46,072 bases of DNA, taken from the sequence record DQ121662.1. The stretch is one strand, 5' to 3'. The notes beneath the pieces are model-generated. The model did no database searches and was not told where the DNA came from. It saw nothing but the letters and a program-made list of their open reading frames with translations. Position numbers and translations under genes: made by a program. Below, one piece after another: positions 38,268-46,072 of the stretch. Source of the stretch: Escherichia phage Jk06. Numbering within the stretch: position 1 is the first letter of the stretch; each line of letters begins with the position of its first letter.

Positions 38268-38741
38268 ATGGATTCAATTGACAAGCGTACTCTTAATGGT
38301 AACAACGGAACAGTTCGCACAGAAGACAAGAAGCCGCGTAAGCGTCCATCAGGTTACTATGTACTAAAGGATGAAGTGAGAGCAGGATTAAGGTCGCGCC
38401 TTGAGATTGTATTGGACTTCTACGGCAGCAAGGCCAATCTAGCTAAGCAGCTAAAGGTTACGCGCCAGGCTGTAGAAGAATGGTGTAAGCGGGGAATGAT
38501 TTCAGCTCGCGGCGCACAGCTTGCGCATAATCGATATAAGCGAACTGGCGAGGGGTTCAGGGCTACATTCTGCCGACCTGATTTACAGTTCGACGGTAAC
38601 GGCAAGCCTCTAACACTGCGATGCAAGAAGCGTCAGATGCTTCGAGTTGTTACAGAAGCTGAGCTAGCAACCAAGCCGCAGCGTAAATCATGGCGAAAGG
38701 TTAAGAAAGAAAGAGAAGAAGCACGAAAAGCTAAAGAGTAA
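38268..38741 (+). CDS. HTH DNA-binding protein (Cro/YdaS-like transcriptional regulator) with basic C-terminal tail
   Basis: Helix-turn-helix-like segment LAKQLKVTRQAVEEWCKRGMIS; RBS GAGGTGAG; 157 aa. Confidence 0.55.
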   Translation: MDSIDKRTLNGNNGTVRTEDKKPRKRPSGYYVLKDEVRAGLRSRLEIVLDFYGSKANLAKQLKVTRQAVEEWCKRGMISARGAQLAHNRYKRTGEGFRATFCRPDLQFDGNGKPLTLRCKKRQMLRVVTEAELATKPQRKSWRKVKKEREEARKAKE

Positions 38742-38747
38742 AAATTA

Positions 38748-38780
38748 AGGTTGTGCCATAATCGGTACAACCTTTTTATT
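38748..38780 (+). terminator. hairpin plus T-run
   Basis: AGGTTGTGCCATAATCGGTACAACCT followed by TTTTT. Confidence 0.45.
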
Positions 38781-38793
38781 GGATTAAATATAA

Positions 38794-39717
38794 ATGAATT
38801 ACGACAAGAATGAAGTAATACCTAAAATGGCTGGATTGTGGAAATCATTTTATGCAAAGGAGCTTGGTTGGAATGATAGACACCTTAGCAAGAAGCACGG
38901 GCCGTGCCCTTATTGCTTTGGTACTGACAGATTCAGGTTTACAGACGAAATAGGAAGCGAAAAAGGTAATGGGGCCGCAGTTTGCTCTAAGTGCGGCAGT
39001 GACTCAGGAATAGGCTGGGTTATGAAATGTTCCGGCCTTAGATTTGCGGAAGCTATAAATTTACTTGGCGACTGGCTTAATTTGACTCCCGTCGAAATCA
39101 TAGTGAAGGCAAACAAAGCAGCGAGCCGAGTTCAGAGATATAACTTTGGCGCTCAGGCATCCATTGAATCAATCGAGAAGGTAATCTCTCGCACCAAGTC
39201 TGTAGAAATGACACAGCTTACGAGATTTGAAGCAATTATTACTGAACGGGAATACAAAATAGGAATAAAGGGGTCTGGAGAAGAAATTATAGCCGAGCAA
39301 TGCTTTATGGTTTACGAGGATGGTTTATCAGATGAGCCTTGTAACGTAAAGTTTATAGATGAAGAGGGTAATGAGTCATATCTCGCAAAAGACTACACTC
39401 GCGGCTCGGTTGTTCCGGTAAGTAAATGTAGTGATGGCGCTATCTACCTCACTGTTGGCTGGATTAACGCACTACATGTATCGGCATGCACAAAAAGGAC
39501 AACTTACGACTGCCTAACTCACCACAACTTAGAAATGGTTGCTTATGAACTCAGGAATAAAGAGTGCAGGATAGCTTGCTTAGCTGATGAAAAGGAGTCG
39601 CTTTATGTTGCTGATGATAGAGGTCTAAAAGTCGTAATACCTAAAGGTGGCAATTTCAAGATGGGGCTTGAAAGAAGGTTATATAACCCGCAAGATCTGA
39701 TAGATAAGCATTCATAG
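38794..39717 (+). CDS. DNA primase (zinc-ribbon plus Toprim-like)
   Basis: N-terminal Zn-binding pattern CPYCFGTDRFRF...CSKCGSDSG typical of phage/plasmid primases; 307 aa. Confidence 0.7.
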   Translation: MNYDKNEVIPKMAGLWKSFYAKELGWNDRHLSKKHGPCPYCFGTDRFRFTDEIGSEKGNGAAVCSKCGSDSGIGWVMKCSGLRFAEAINLLGDWLNLTPVEIIVKANKAASRVQRYNFGAQASIESIEKVISRTKSVEMTQLTRFEAIITEREYKIGIKGSGEEIIAEQCFMVYEDGLSDEPCNVKFIDEEGNESYLAKDYTRGSVVPVSKCSDGAIYLTVGWINALHVSACTKRTTYDCLTHHNLEMVAYELRNKECRIACLADEKESLYVADDRGLKVVIPKGGNFKMGLERRLYNPQDLIDKHS

Positions 39718-39721
39718 CAAT

Positions 39722-39746
39722 CACCCTCTTCGGAGGGTTTTTTATT
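39722..39746 (+). terminator. intrinsic terminator
   Basis: ACCCTCTTCGGAGGGT hairpin followed by TTTTTT. Confidence 0.6.
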
Positions 39747-39795
39747 GCATTTAATCTGATACAATAGGTTTCATCTATCAAATAGGAGAAATAAC

Positions 39796-42012
39796 ATGGC
39801 AATTTATGACGCTGGAACTGCATCGCTTGCAGCTGACGGAACTGTAACTGGTGTTGGCACCACGTGGAGGCAACCACTAACACTAATCCGAGTTGGCGCA
39901 ACAATGATTTTTAACACCACCCCGACAAGCATTGTTACTATCGCTGAGATTTTAAGCGATACAGAGATTCGTGTATTCAATGATAAAGGTTTTACTGCGC
40001 CAGCTGGGACTCAGTACTCAATCCTTGCTCATGACGGAATTACTGTCCAAGGTCTTGCTCAGGACGTTGCTGAGACACTTCGTTATTATCAGTCCCGTGA
40101 AACAGAGGTTGCAGCGGCAGTTGATGCTTTTAATCAATTTGATTCTGATTCTTTCCAGCAAAGCGTAAATAATGTCAACATGCAATCTCAGCAAGTTGCT
40201 GTTGATGCTGCTCAAGTTTCTTCTGACAAAGATCAGGTATCTTATGATAGGCAGTTAGCTGAAAGTAGCGCTAACTCGGCTTACTCTTCAGCTACAATAG
40301 CAAGCTCTGCTGCGGCTTCTGTGTCATCTGCTCTTGTAGTTGATTTCTCAAATGGTGGAGAAATAAACTCAAGAACTCAGCCTGCAATTTACTTTAATGA
40401 CAATCATGTTTCGGTTTATTACTGGTCTGGTAGCGTTCCAAAATCCATACCACAAAACTCATCACCACAGTCTACAGGTGGTATTGGAGTTGGTTTTTGG
40501 ATTCAACAGGATTACACAAGAAGGTTTGAATCAGTATCAGCAATGACAAACTCTGCCAGAATTTATGACTTAGAGGTTGTCTATTGTGATTCTTACATTG
40601 GTGGTCTTGGTTATGGTGGTGGGTTCTTTGTTTGTAAGCCGGAGTCATCGTTATCATATGGATTATCTTCAGGATTGGTTTTTGAATCAAGTACCGGTTA
40701 TTACTGGGAAAGAATCTGTAGCGGGGAGCTGTCGCCTTGCGAACTTGGAGCTATTAAGTCATCGACATCAGACTCAACGACACAGATACAGCAAATCCTA
40801 GACTCTGGGCTGGCATTAAAGCTTGATAGCGACTACATGGCATCAAACCTGGTAATGAGAAATAAATCTTGCTCTATAATTGGTTTTGGCAAGCACAAAT
40901 CAAGAATAACTCAGCTTAGTTCATCAATTGGCTCTTTAATTGAGGTATCTGATTCTTGCTCGCTCATTCATATTGAAGGCATTGCTCTTTACGGCACTGG
41001 AGCCCAGCAAGACACGGCGTTTACTGATGGTACTGCTGGGATTTACATCCCTACGCCGACTGGGTTATCAACCAATTACCCATTCAACACTGGTGCTGAC
41101 CCTAGGAGGGACTTAACGATAAGAAACACTCACATTGCTGGGTTTGATGTTTACGGAATTTTCGTTGCTGCTGGTAACTACTCTCCTGTTCTTGATGATG
41201 TTCTTATTCAGCACATAAAAAAAGACGGATTGATTAACGAAACAACAGACTTCACATGGAATAACATACAGGTAAACACCTGTGGAAGAAATTGTCTAAT
41301 ACTTAGGAATGCCGGAAACTGTAGGATTGTTGGCGGTAAGTTTATTTGGTCGGGTTGGTCGGCTTATAATGAGCTTGATGATGCTTATGGCATCCTGATT
41401 GATAACTGCCAAAACATCACCATGTCAGCTATAGAGGCGCAGGATTGCGGTGGTGACGGTGTTAGAATTGTAAACTCTAGAAATGTGGTATTTAATGGAT
41501 TAAATAGTAACAGGAACAGCATAAACTCAAACTACAGAGATTATAACGTTTCGTTTTCAAATAGCTCTGTAAGAATCTATGGTTTTGTTGGGCTTAACTA
41601 TGTATCTAACAATGGCGATGGAAGGCCAACTTCCGCTGGCAACTTCAGATTCCTTGACTCAAGATCTGATGTTGTGATCGATGGGGTTGTTGAATCTGGT
41701 TACTTTGGCCCAAATTTCTCAGGGGACACTAACTATGTTGCTGAGTATTCAGGAAACCTGAAGATAAACGGACTGATAGACAAAAGGAAGACAAGAATTA
41801 AGCCAGCAAACGACACTTCAGCTTTTGATGGGGTCTCTAATACACCAGTATTCGCCGCAGCGGCATCATCAGTTGGGCAGCAATATTGGCTAAGGCTTTC
41901 ACAGGCAAATAAAGATAAGATTATATGCACTGGATTTGACCCGTCACTAGGTTTCACCGCTACATGCAATATATCGCCGACCATAACTGTTGTGAAGACT
42001 TTAACCTTATAG
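39796..42012 (+). CDS. tail fibre / tailspike protein with probable right-handed beta-helix domain
   Basis: 738 aa uninterrupted ORF; fibre-like N-terminus MAIYDAGTASLAADGTVTGVGTTW; Asn/Gly/Ser-rich repeats with periodic hydrophobics in the C-terminal two thirds. Confidence 0.65.
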   Translation: MAIYDAGTASLAADGTVTGVGTTWRQPLTLIRVGATMIFNTTPTSIVTIAEILSDTEIRVFNDKGFTAPAGTQYSILAHDGITVQGLAQDVAETLRYYQSRETEVAAAVDAFNQFDSDSFQQSVNNVNMQSQQVAVDAAQVSSDKDQVSYDRQLAESSANSAYSSATIASSAAASVSSALVVDFSNGGEINSRTQPAIYFNDNHVSVYYWSGSVPKSIPQNSSPQSTGGIGVGFWIQQDYTRRFESVSAMTNSARIYDLEVVYCDSYIGGLGYGGGFFVCKPESSLSYGLSSGLVFESSTGYYWERICSGELSPCELGAIKSSTSDSTTQIQQILDSGLALKLDSDYMASNLVMRNKSCSIIGFGKHKSRITQLSSSIGSLIEVSDSCSLIHIEGIALYGTGAQQDTAFTDGTAGIYIPTPTGLSTNYPFNTGADPRRDLTIRNTHIAGFDVYGIFVAAGNYSPVLDDVLIQHIKKDGLINETTDFTWNNIQVNTCGRNCLILRNAGNCRIVGGKFIWSGWSAYNELDDAYGILIDNCQNITMSAIEAQDCGGDGVRIVNSRNVVFNGLNSNRNSINSNYRDYNVSFSNSSVRIYGFVGLNYVSNNGDGRPTSAGNFRFLDSRSDVVIDGVVESGYFGPNFSGDTNYVAEYSGNLKINGLIDKRKTRIKPANDTSAFDGVSNTPVFAAAASSVGQQYWLRLSQANKDKIICTGFDPSLGFTATCNISPTITVVKTLTL

Positions 42013-42025
42013 CTAAGGGACTGGT

Positions 42026-42508
42026 TTGGAGTTAATAGTAATGCTCTTACTGCAGTATAACGTGATGGCATCAGGAGAACACAGTGTCTCATTGTTAATA
42101 TCAGCATCAGGTGAAACAAGAGTTTTATCAGGTGTGTTGCCAGTCTCATCAAGAATGGTCAACGGTGGTACTTACAATATTGCTCTTGGTTTTGATGTAT
42201 CTGGTAAGGTTTGGTGGAGCATCTTAAACCTGAATACTGGATTTAGAGTTAGAAGGTCATTTGATTCTCAGTATATAGATATTGATGTCAGACCTATACT
42301 AACAACAGCTGGTAACTATGTAACCATGTATTCAGGTCAAGGCGCTGGTGATGTAGCTTGCTCTGGATATGGCTTTGGTGTTTACGTTGGCAGCTATTCA
42401 GATGAGTCTGATTATTGCGCTTCAAGATACTATTCGCTTAAAGGTGGTGTTGATTTGACAAAACAATCAGTATTTTTGAGTTTGAATGGTGATGTAACGT
42501 CACAATAA
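42026..42508 (+). CDS. hypothetical protein downstream of tail fibre gene (possible fibre-associated protein)
   Basis: 160 aa ORF, Gly/Ser/Tyr-rich; ends at a bidirectional terminator. Confidence 0.4.
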   Translation: MELIVMLLLQYNVMASGEHSVSLLISASGETRVLSGVLPVSSRMVNGGTYNIALGFDVSGKVWWSILNLNTGFRVRRSFDSQYIDIDVRPILTTAGNYVTMYSGQGAGDVACSGYGFGVYVGSYSDESDYCASRYYSLKGGVDLTKQSVFLSLNGDVTSQ

Positions 42509-42536
42509 AAAAGCCCCGAAAGGGGCTTTATCTTTT
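42506..42536. terminator. bidirectional intrinsic terminator AAGCCCCGAAAGGGGCTT
   Basis: Same hairpin as 1314-1331, flanked by an A-run and a T-rich tract, between convergent genes. Confidence 0.6.
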
Positions 42537-42539
42537 GCA

Positions 42540-42962
42540 TTAAAACGGAATATCCTCTTCATCACTAAATCGGCTTTGTTGCTGCGGCTGCTGTCTCTGT
42601 TGCTGTTGAGCTTGTTGTCGCTGCTGCTGCTGTTCTGATTCACCTCCTCGCTGACTAAACATCAATCGAGGATTCTGCAACTCAAGCGTAATATATGTCT
42701 TGCCATTATGTTCGCGCTCATTAACCGCTAATGAATCGCCGCTCACAGAGATAACTTTTCCTTCCTGGAAGGCTTCATCATACCAACTAATCTGCGCCTC
42801 ACTAGCAAACATCGTAATCCGGTAATTGGTATACTTACGCTCGCCATCTTTAGTCTTGTATGATTCGCTTATTTCGATAGCGTACATTTTCCAGTTGCCT
42901 TTGGCGTTCTGACCATCTTTAGTGAAAGGAGCCTTACGAATTACGCCTGTTAAAGTATGCAT
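42540..42962 (-). CDS. ssb: single-stranded DNA-binding protein
   Basis: 140 aa; Gln-rich linker and acidic C-terminus ending DEEDIPF, the classic bacterial/phage SSB tail. Confidence 0.8.
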   Translation of the reverse strand: MHTLTGVIRKAPFTKDGQNAKGNWKMYAIEISESYKTKDGERKYTNYRITMFASEAQISWYDEAFQEGKVISVSGDSLAVNEREHNGKTYITLELQNPRLMFSQRGGESEQQQQRQQAQQQQRQQPQQQSRFSDEEDIPF

Positions 42963-43009
42963 TTTATATTCTCTTCTCGTTTGATTTTGGGGCCGAAGCC
43001 CCGTTTAGT

Positions 43010-43658
43010 TTAGAACTGCTCGATTGATTGTGATTCTACTACTTCATTAGTTGCGTTTGCAACTTTTTTAGCGACTTCCTTTGGCTTAGCTGGGTTGAAG
43101 CCACTTGCGGAAGCCATTTTGATCTCTGCTTGTTTATCTATTATCGCTTTCTCTACTATACCCCACGTTGCCGTGTCAGCTTGTGATTTGCATGATTTGT
43201 AGATTTCGATAAGCTCTTCTCGAGTTTCTGCCTTCTCAATATCGCGCTTCCAGTCCTTGACGCTCTTAACTGACCATCTGCGCATCATCGTCAGACTGAC
43301 TAATTCCCAAAGCCGCCGCTAGTGAGTAACGCCGAGCGTATGTAAATGCAGATCCTACTCCTTGCGGGTCTTTCTTAACGATTGGCATAATCATGAAGAA
43401 GCTAACCCACTCGCCAGAAACGTGATAGAGAGTCGTCTCTACGTTAAGATTGTCAGCAGTTGATGTTTCTAACATGCTCTGCATAATCATTAAGTCGTTA
43501 TCATCAAGTGCTGGGATTACAGCCTCCAGCATGGAATCAAGTGTTGCGTATCTATTCTTTAGGTGACTGTTCTGCTTGTCTCTTGCTGCCTTCGCAAATC
43601 CTGTGCGAGCTTTAAATAGTGCCTGTAAAACTGTTTTGTTACTCTCTGAAGTCTTCAT
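43010..43658 (-). CDS. putative single-strand annealing protein (ERF-like), two overlapping ORFs, possibly one interrupted gene
   Basis: ORF 43266-43658 has a [14 protein letters not shown]-type motif; ORF 43010-43288 overlaps by 23 nt; promoter module upstream. Confidence 0.4.
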
Positions 43659-43670
43659 TTCTATCTCTCT

Positions 43671-43733
43671 TTGTTGTCGATGAGGTAACTATACCCCATC
43701 GATTTAATACCGTTTTAGCTATTCGTGCTATCT
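43671..43733 (-). promoter_or_regulatory. early promoter module (IR, TATAGT, CATCGACAACAAAG leader)
   Basis: IR at 43714-43733, TATAGT on the minus strand at 43688-43693, leader at 43671-43682. Confidence 0.55.
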
Positions 43734-43845
43734 TCGTACTTCTTCATCTCATACTCAGGAACTTGCAGTTCCATCTCTGTTTCGCCAAATCCGTAACCAG
43801 GCCAAATATCAAGTTTCTTGCATTGCTTGTATGTGGATAGGGCGC

Positions 43846-44682
43846 TCATGTATTGCAATCTACCAACCTTAAGTGCTCTTTTGTTATCGTGTAGCACATT
43901 GGAAGGAATGGGCTTTTCTTTTCCTGGCAAAGAAGCTGAACAACAACTCGACGCTTCTCATTAAAGGCGCGAACAAACAAATCATGCTGAAGCGCCATTT
44001 TTAGCAAATAACCATGCTTGAAGGCCAATCTCCCAAATCCAGATGGAGATGCGTCGCTAGTCGTCTTGTAGTCACGGATATAAACTACATCATCAACGAC
44101 ATCGACATGGTCAAGACGAACCTTAACGCCGCACTCGTTAATCTCACCGAAGATTGATAACTCTCGCTGAGCGGTTTTACTGTTCACTATCGCATTGTAT
44201 GCAGGAATGCCACACAGCACCTCTCGCATCGCATGTACTGTGTCAAAGTCTTTAGCTGATACAATCTCGCGACCGTTCGCTTTAACCTCGATAGAGCGCT
44301 GAATATCCCACCATACGTTAAGTGATTCACCGGCTCAGCGCCAGAATCTCCATTAATTCTGGATAATCCTTACCAGATGTTCCAGCAATACCCATCGACT
44401 TCAACCGAGTTGCCAAAGCAGTCTGCTAGTAATCAGATCCTCAAACTCTTCTTGCGCTGGCTGGCGATAGTAAGTCGCATCGAATACAGAGTTTTCAAGA
44501 ATAACCGTGTGGGCTAATGTACCGAACTTTAACGCCTTATTGCTATCATCATGCTCTGCAAACTTATAAGCAGCGGGGCAAGTTGAGAAGATGTGAGCCA
44601 GACCAGAGCCAGACACATGGTCTGACTCCTTGTGGTAGGCTTCGTTGGTTAACTCGTCGCTAGTGTAAACCTTGAAGCTCAT
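43846..44682 (-). CDS. PD-(D/E)xK family exonuclease, reading frame interrupted at least twice
   Basis: Fragments 44401-44682, 43846-44229 and 43715-43930; motif VRLDHVDVVDDVVYIRDYKTT; adjacent to the annealing protein and SSB genes. Confidence 0.5.
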
Positions 44683-44685
44683 GAT

Positions 44686-44880
44686 TTATTCCTTCACCTT
44701 AATAATCTTCATTACTGAACCAAGCTCCTCATCTGTCACGTGGGCGTATTCAATAGCTTCCTGCTTTGTATCAAATCTTGCCGCCTCTGATTTATTGCTT
44801 GTGTAACCTGAGCCATCTACACAGTAGTAACATGTGCCGAAAATAGGATTGTTTCGCTCTTGAATAATGAAGTATGCCAT
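44686..44880 (-). CDS. hypothetical Cys-containing small protein
   Basis: 64 aa ORF with RBS. Confidence 0.35.
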   Translation of the reverse strand: MAYFIIQERNNPIFGTCYYCVDGSGYTSNKSEAARFDTKQEAIEYAHVTDEELGSVMKIIKVKE

Positions 44881-45018
44881 TTCTATATCTCTCTTTGTTT
44901 GTGTGGTTTAACTATGCCATCCGTAGCTAAGCTTATCCAATTGGTTTTGCCTATTATTTCAACTTAATAATCTCGCTATTCTTATCTACCAGATTAGAGA
45001 TCAACTCATCCTTGTCGT

Positions 45019-45582
45019 TTAACTTCTGGCAAAGAATTTCACACTGAGATTGATATGAGTAACCATCTCAAGAGCATCAAAGAGCCTGCTAGATTCAAAT
45101 TTAACCTTATAAAGCTCATCGTGAATCTCTTCACCATTTGAAGCCTTATCAATATACTTATAAATAATCTTCTCTAGCTTGTAAACCTCATCTTCGGCGC
45201 GATTGCGTGCCGATAGCTCCTTGTTGGTTTGCTGCTTCTCTTTTAATACCAGATCGTAAGATACCATCTTGGCCATGTGCTCTTTGAGTAACTTGTTCTC
45301 CCGCTCAAGGTGAAGCCAGCGGTCAATGATTCTGGCAGCAATTTCCTGGCTATAACCAGCCATCAAAATCATCGTTTCCCTGAATTTTAGGTTATACATT
45401 GGTAAATCCTTGTTCTGGCTTGATTTGTAGGAGGATACAAATTTGTATTCTCCTCCATCACCAAACTGCCTATTAAGCATATCCCTAATATCCCTTAGTA
45501 CTATAAAGTGTTCCTTTCCAGTTAATTCAGCAATCTCAAGGCTACTCATGGTTACGTTTTCATCAATATTCATCAGATTCAT
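45019..45582 (-). CDS. Rha-family phage regulatory protein (antirepressor-like)
   Basis: N-terminal motif SSLEIAELTGKEHFIVLRDIRDML typical of Rha regulators; coiled-coil C-terminal half. Confidence 0.6.
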   Translation of the reverse strand: MNLMNIDENVTMSSLEIAELTGKEHFIVLRDIRDMLNRQFGDGGEYKFVSSYKSSQNKDLPMYNLKFRETMILMAGYSQEIAARIIDRWLHLERENKLLKEHMAKMVSYDLVLKEKQQTNKELSARNRAEDEVYKLEKIIYKYIDKASNGEEIHDELYKVKFESSRLFDALEMVTHINLSVKFFARS

Positions 45583-45684
45583 ATCTATTCTCCCTCGTTA
45601 CCGCTCCCGAGTTTGAGGAGCGATTTCATTTGTATCTACCATTTTTTGGTAGATAGACGCAGCACCATTGCTGCCTGTAAGTGC

Positions 45685-45729
45685 ACTATACCCAATCATG
45701 TCGTATACGTTTTGATTATTCGTGCTATT
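45685..45729 (-). promoter_or_regulatory. promoter module variant upstream of Rha-like gene
   Basis: IR-like TTGATTATTCGTGCTATTT at 45712-45729; TATAGT on the minus strand at 45685-45690; about 100 nt leader with a hairpin. Confidence 0.4.
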
Positions 45730-45864
45730 TTGTATATCGGTGTAAAACGCACCCAAATACGCTTTGAGACTTCGCACGCCGCATGGATGCTGAGTGTAAC
45801 TCTTGTAACTAATGTATCCACCAAATTTGCACCCTATCTATATCTATATGCATTTAATCCTTAA

Positions 45865-46072
45865 CAGGAAATCAAACATAGTCTTTTAGAAAAACACAAC
45901 AACATAGCTATAGAGAGTAGTTACAAGGTATACATAGTAACATATATAATAATAATAATACTCTAAACCCTTATTATATAAGGATTTATAAATGTAACCA
46001 ATGCGTATCTGCGCGTAAAAAGCGTATACAATTTTCCGCGGATGAGATTGTATACATCGAGTTACATCGGTT
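45865..46072. other. second AT-rich repeat region sharing about 45 bp with 26093-26138
   Basis: ATATATAATAATAATAATA...TCTAAACCCTTATTATATAAGGATTTATA at about 45943-45985 closely resembles 26093-26138. Confidence 0.45.

Noticed and set aside
45613-45864. Plus-strand 83 aa ORF in the window-end region
   Set aside because: It overlaps the promoter and leader of the Rha-like gene, is Cys/His/Ile-rich without an RBS, and sits in an AT-rich control region, so it is most likely non-coding.
1-46072. Integrated prophage with attachment site at the tRNA gene
   Set aside because: No integrase, excisionase or CI-type repressor is present, the tRNA is internal to the phage gene set, and no host genes flank the region; the content fits a virulent phage genome.

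Overview
The window reads as a near-complete genome of a tailed, apparently virulent siphovirus with a T1-like/lambda-like gene layout; it contains no integrase, CI-type repressor, CRISPR array or insertion sequence. All calls are made by eye from the sequence and ORF track, with no database search. One long minus-strand block (1338-21836) carries the morphogenesis genes in reverse order: small and large terminase, portal, Mu F-like minor head protein, scaffold, major capsid, neck proteins, major tail protein, chaperones, tape measure, and lambda M/L/K/I/J-like tail tip proteins. The remainder comprises short early transcription units on both strands: helicase, primase, SSB, a recombination module, a nucleotide-metabolism cluster, a holin / SAR-endolysin / unimolecular-spanin lysis cassette, a separate beta-helix tail fibre, one tRNA-Arg(CCT), and many small unknown ORFs. 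The most distinctive features are a ~60 bp promoter module repeated about 15 times, two related AT-rich iteron regions, an inverted pair of paralogous genes flanking one of them, a collagen-repeat protein in the head module, and a promoter-to-terminator moron between terminase and portal. Many essential genes appear split by frame changes in this sequence, so long genes are reported as single interrupted CDSs.
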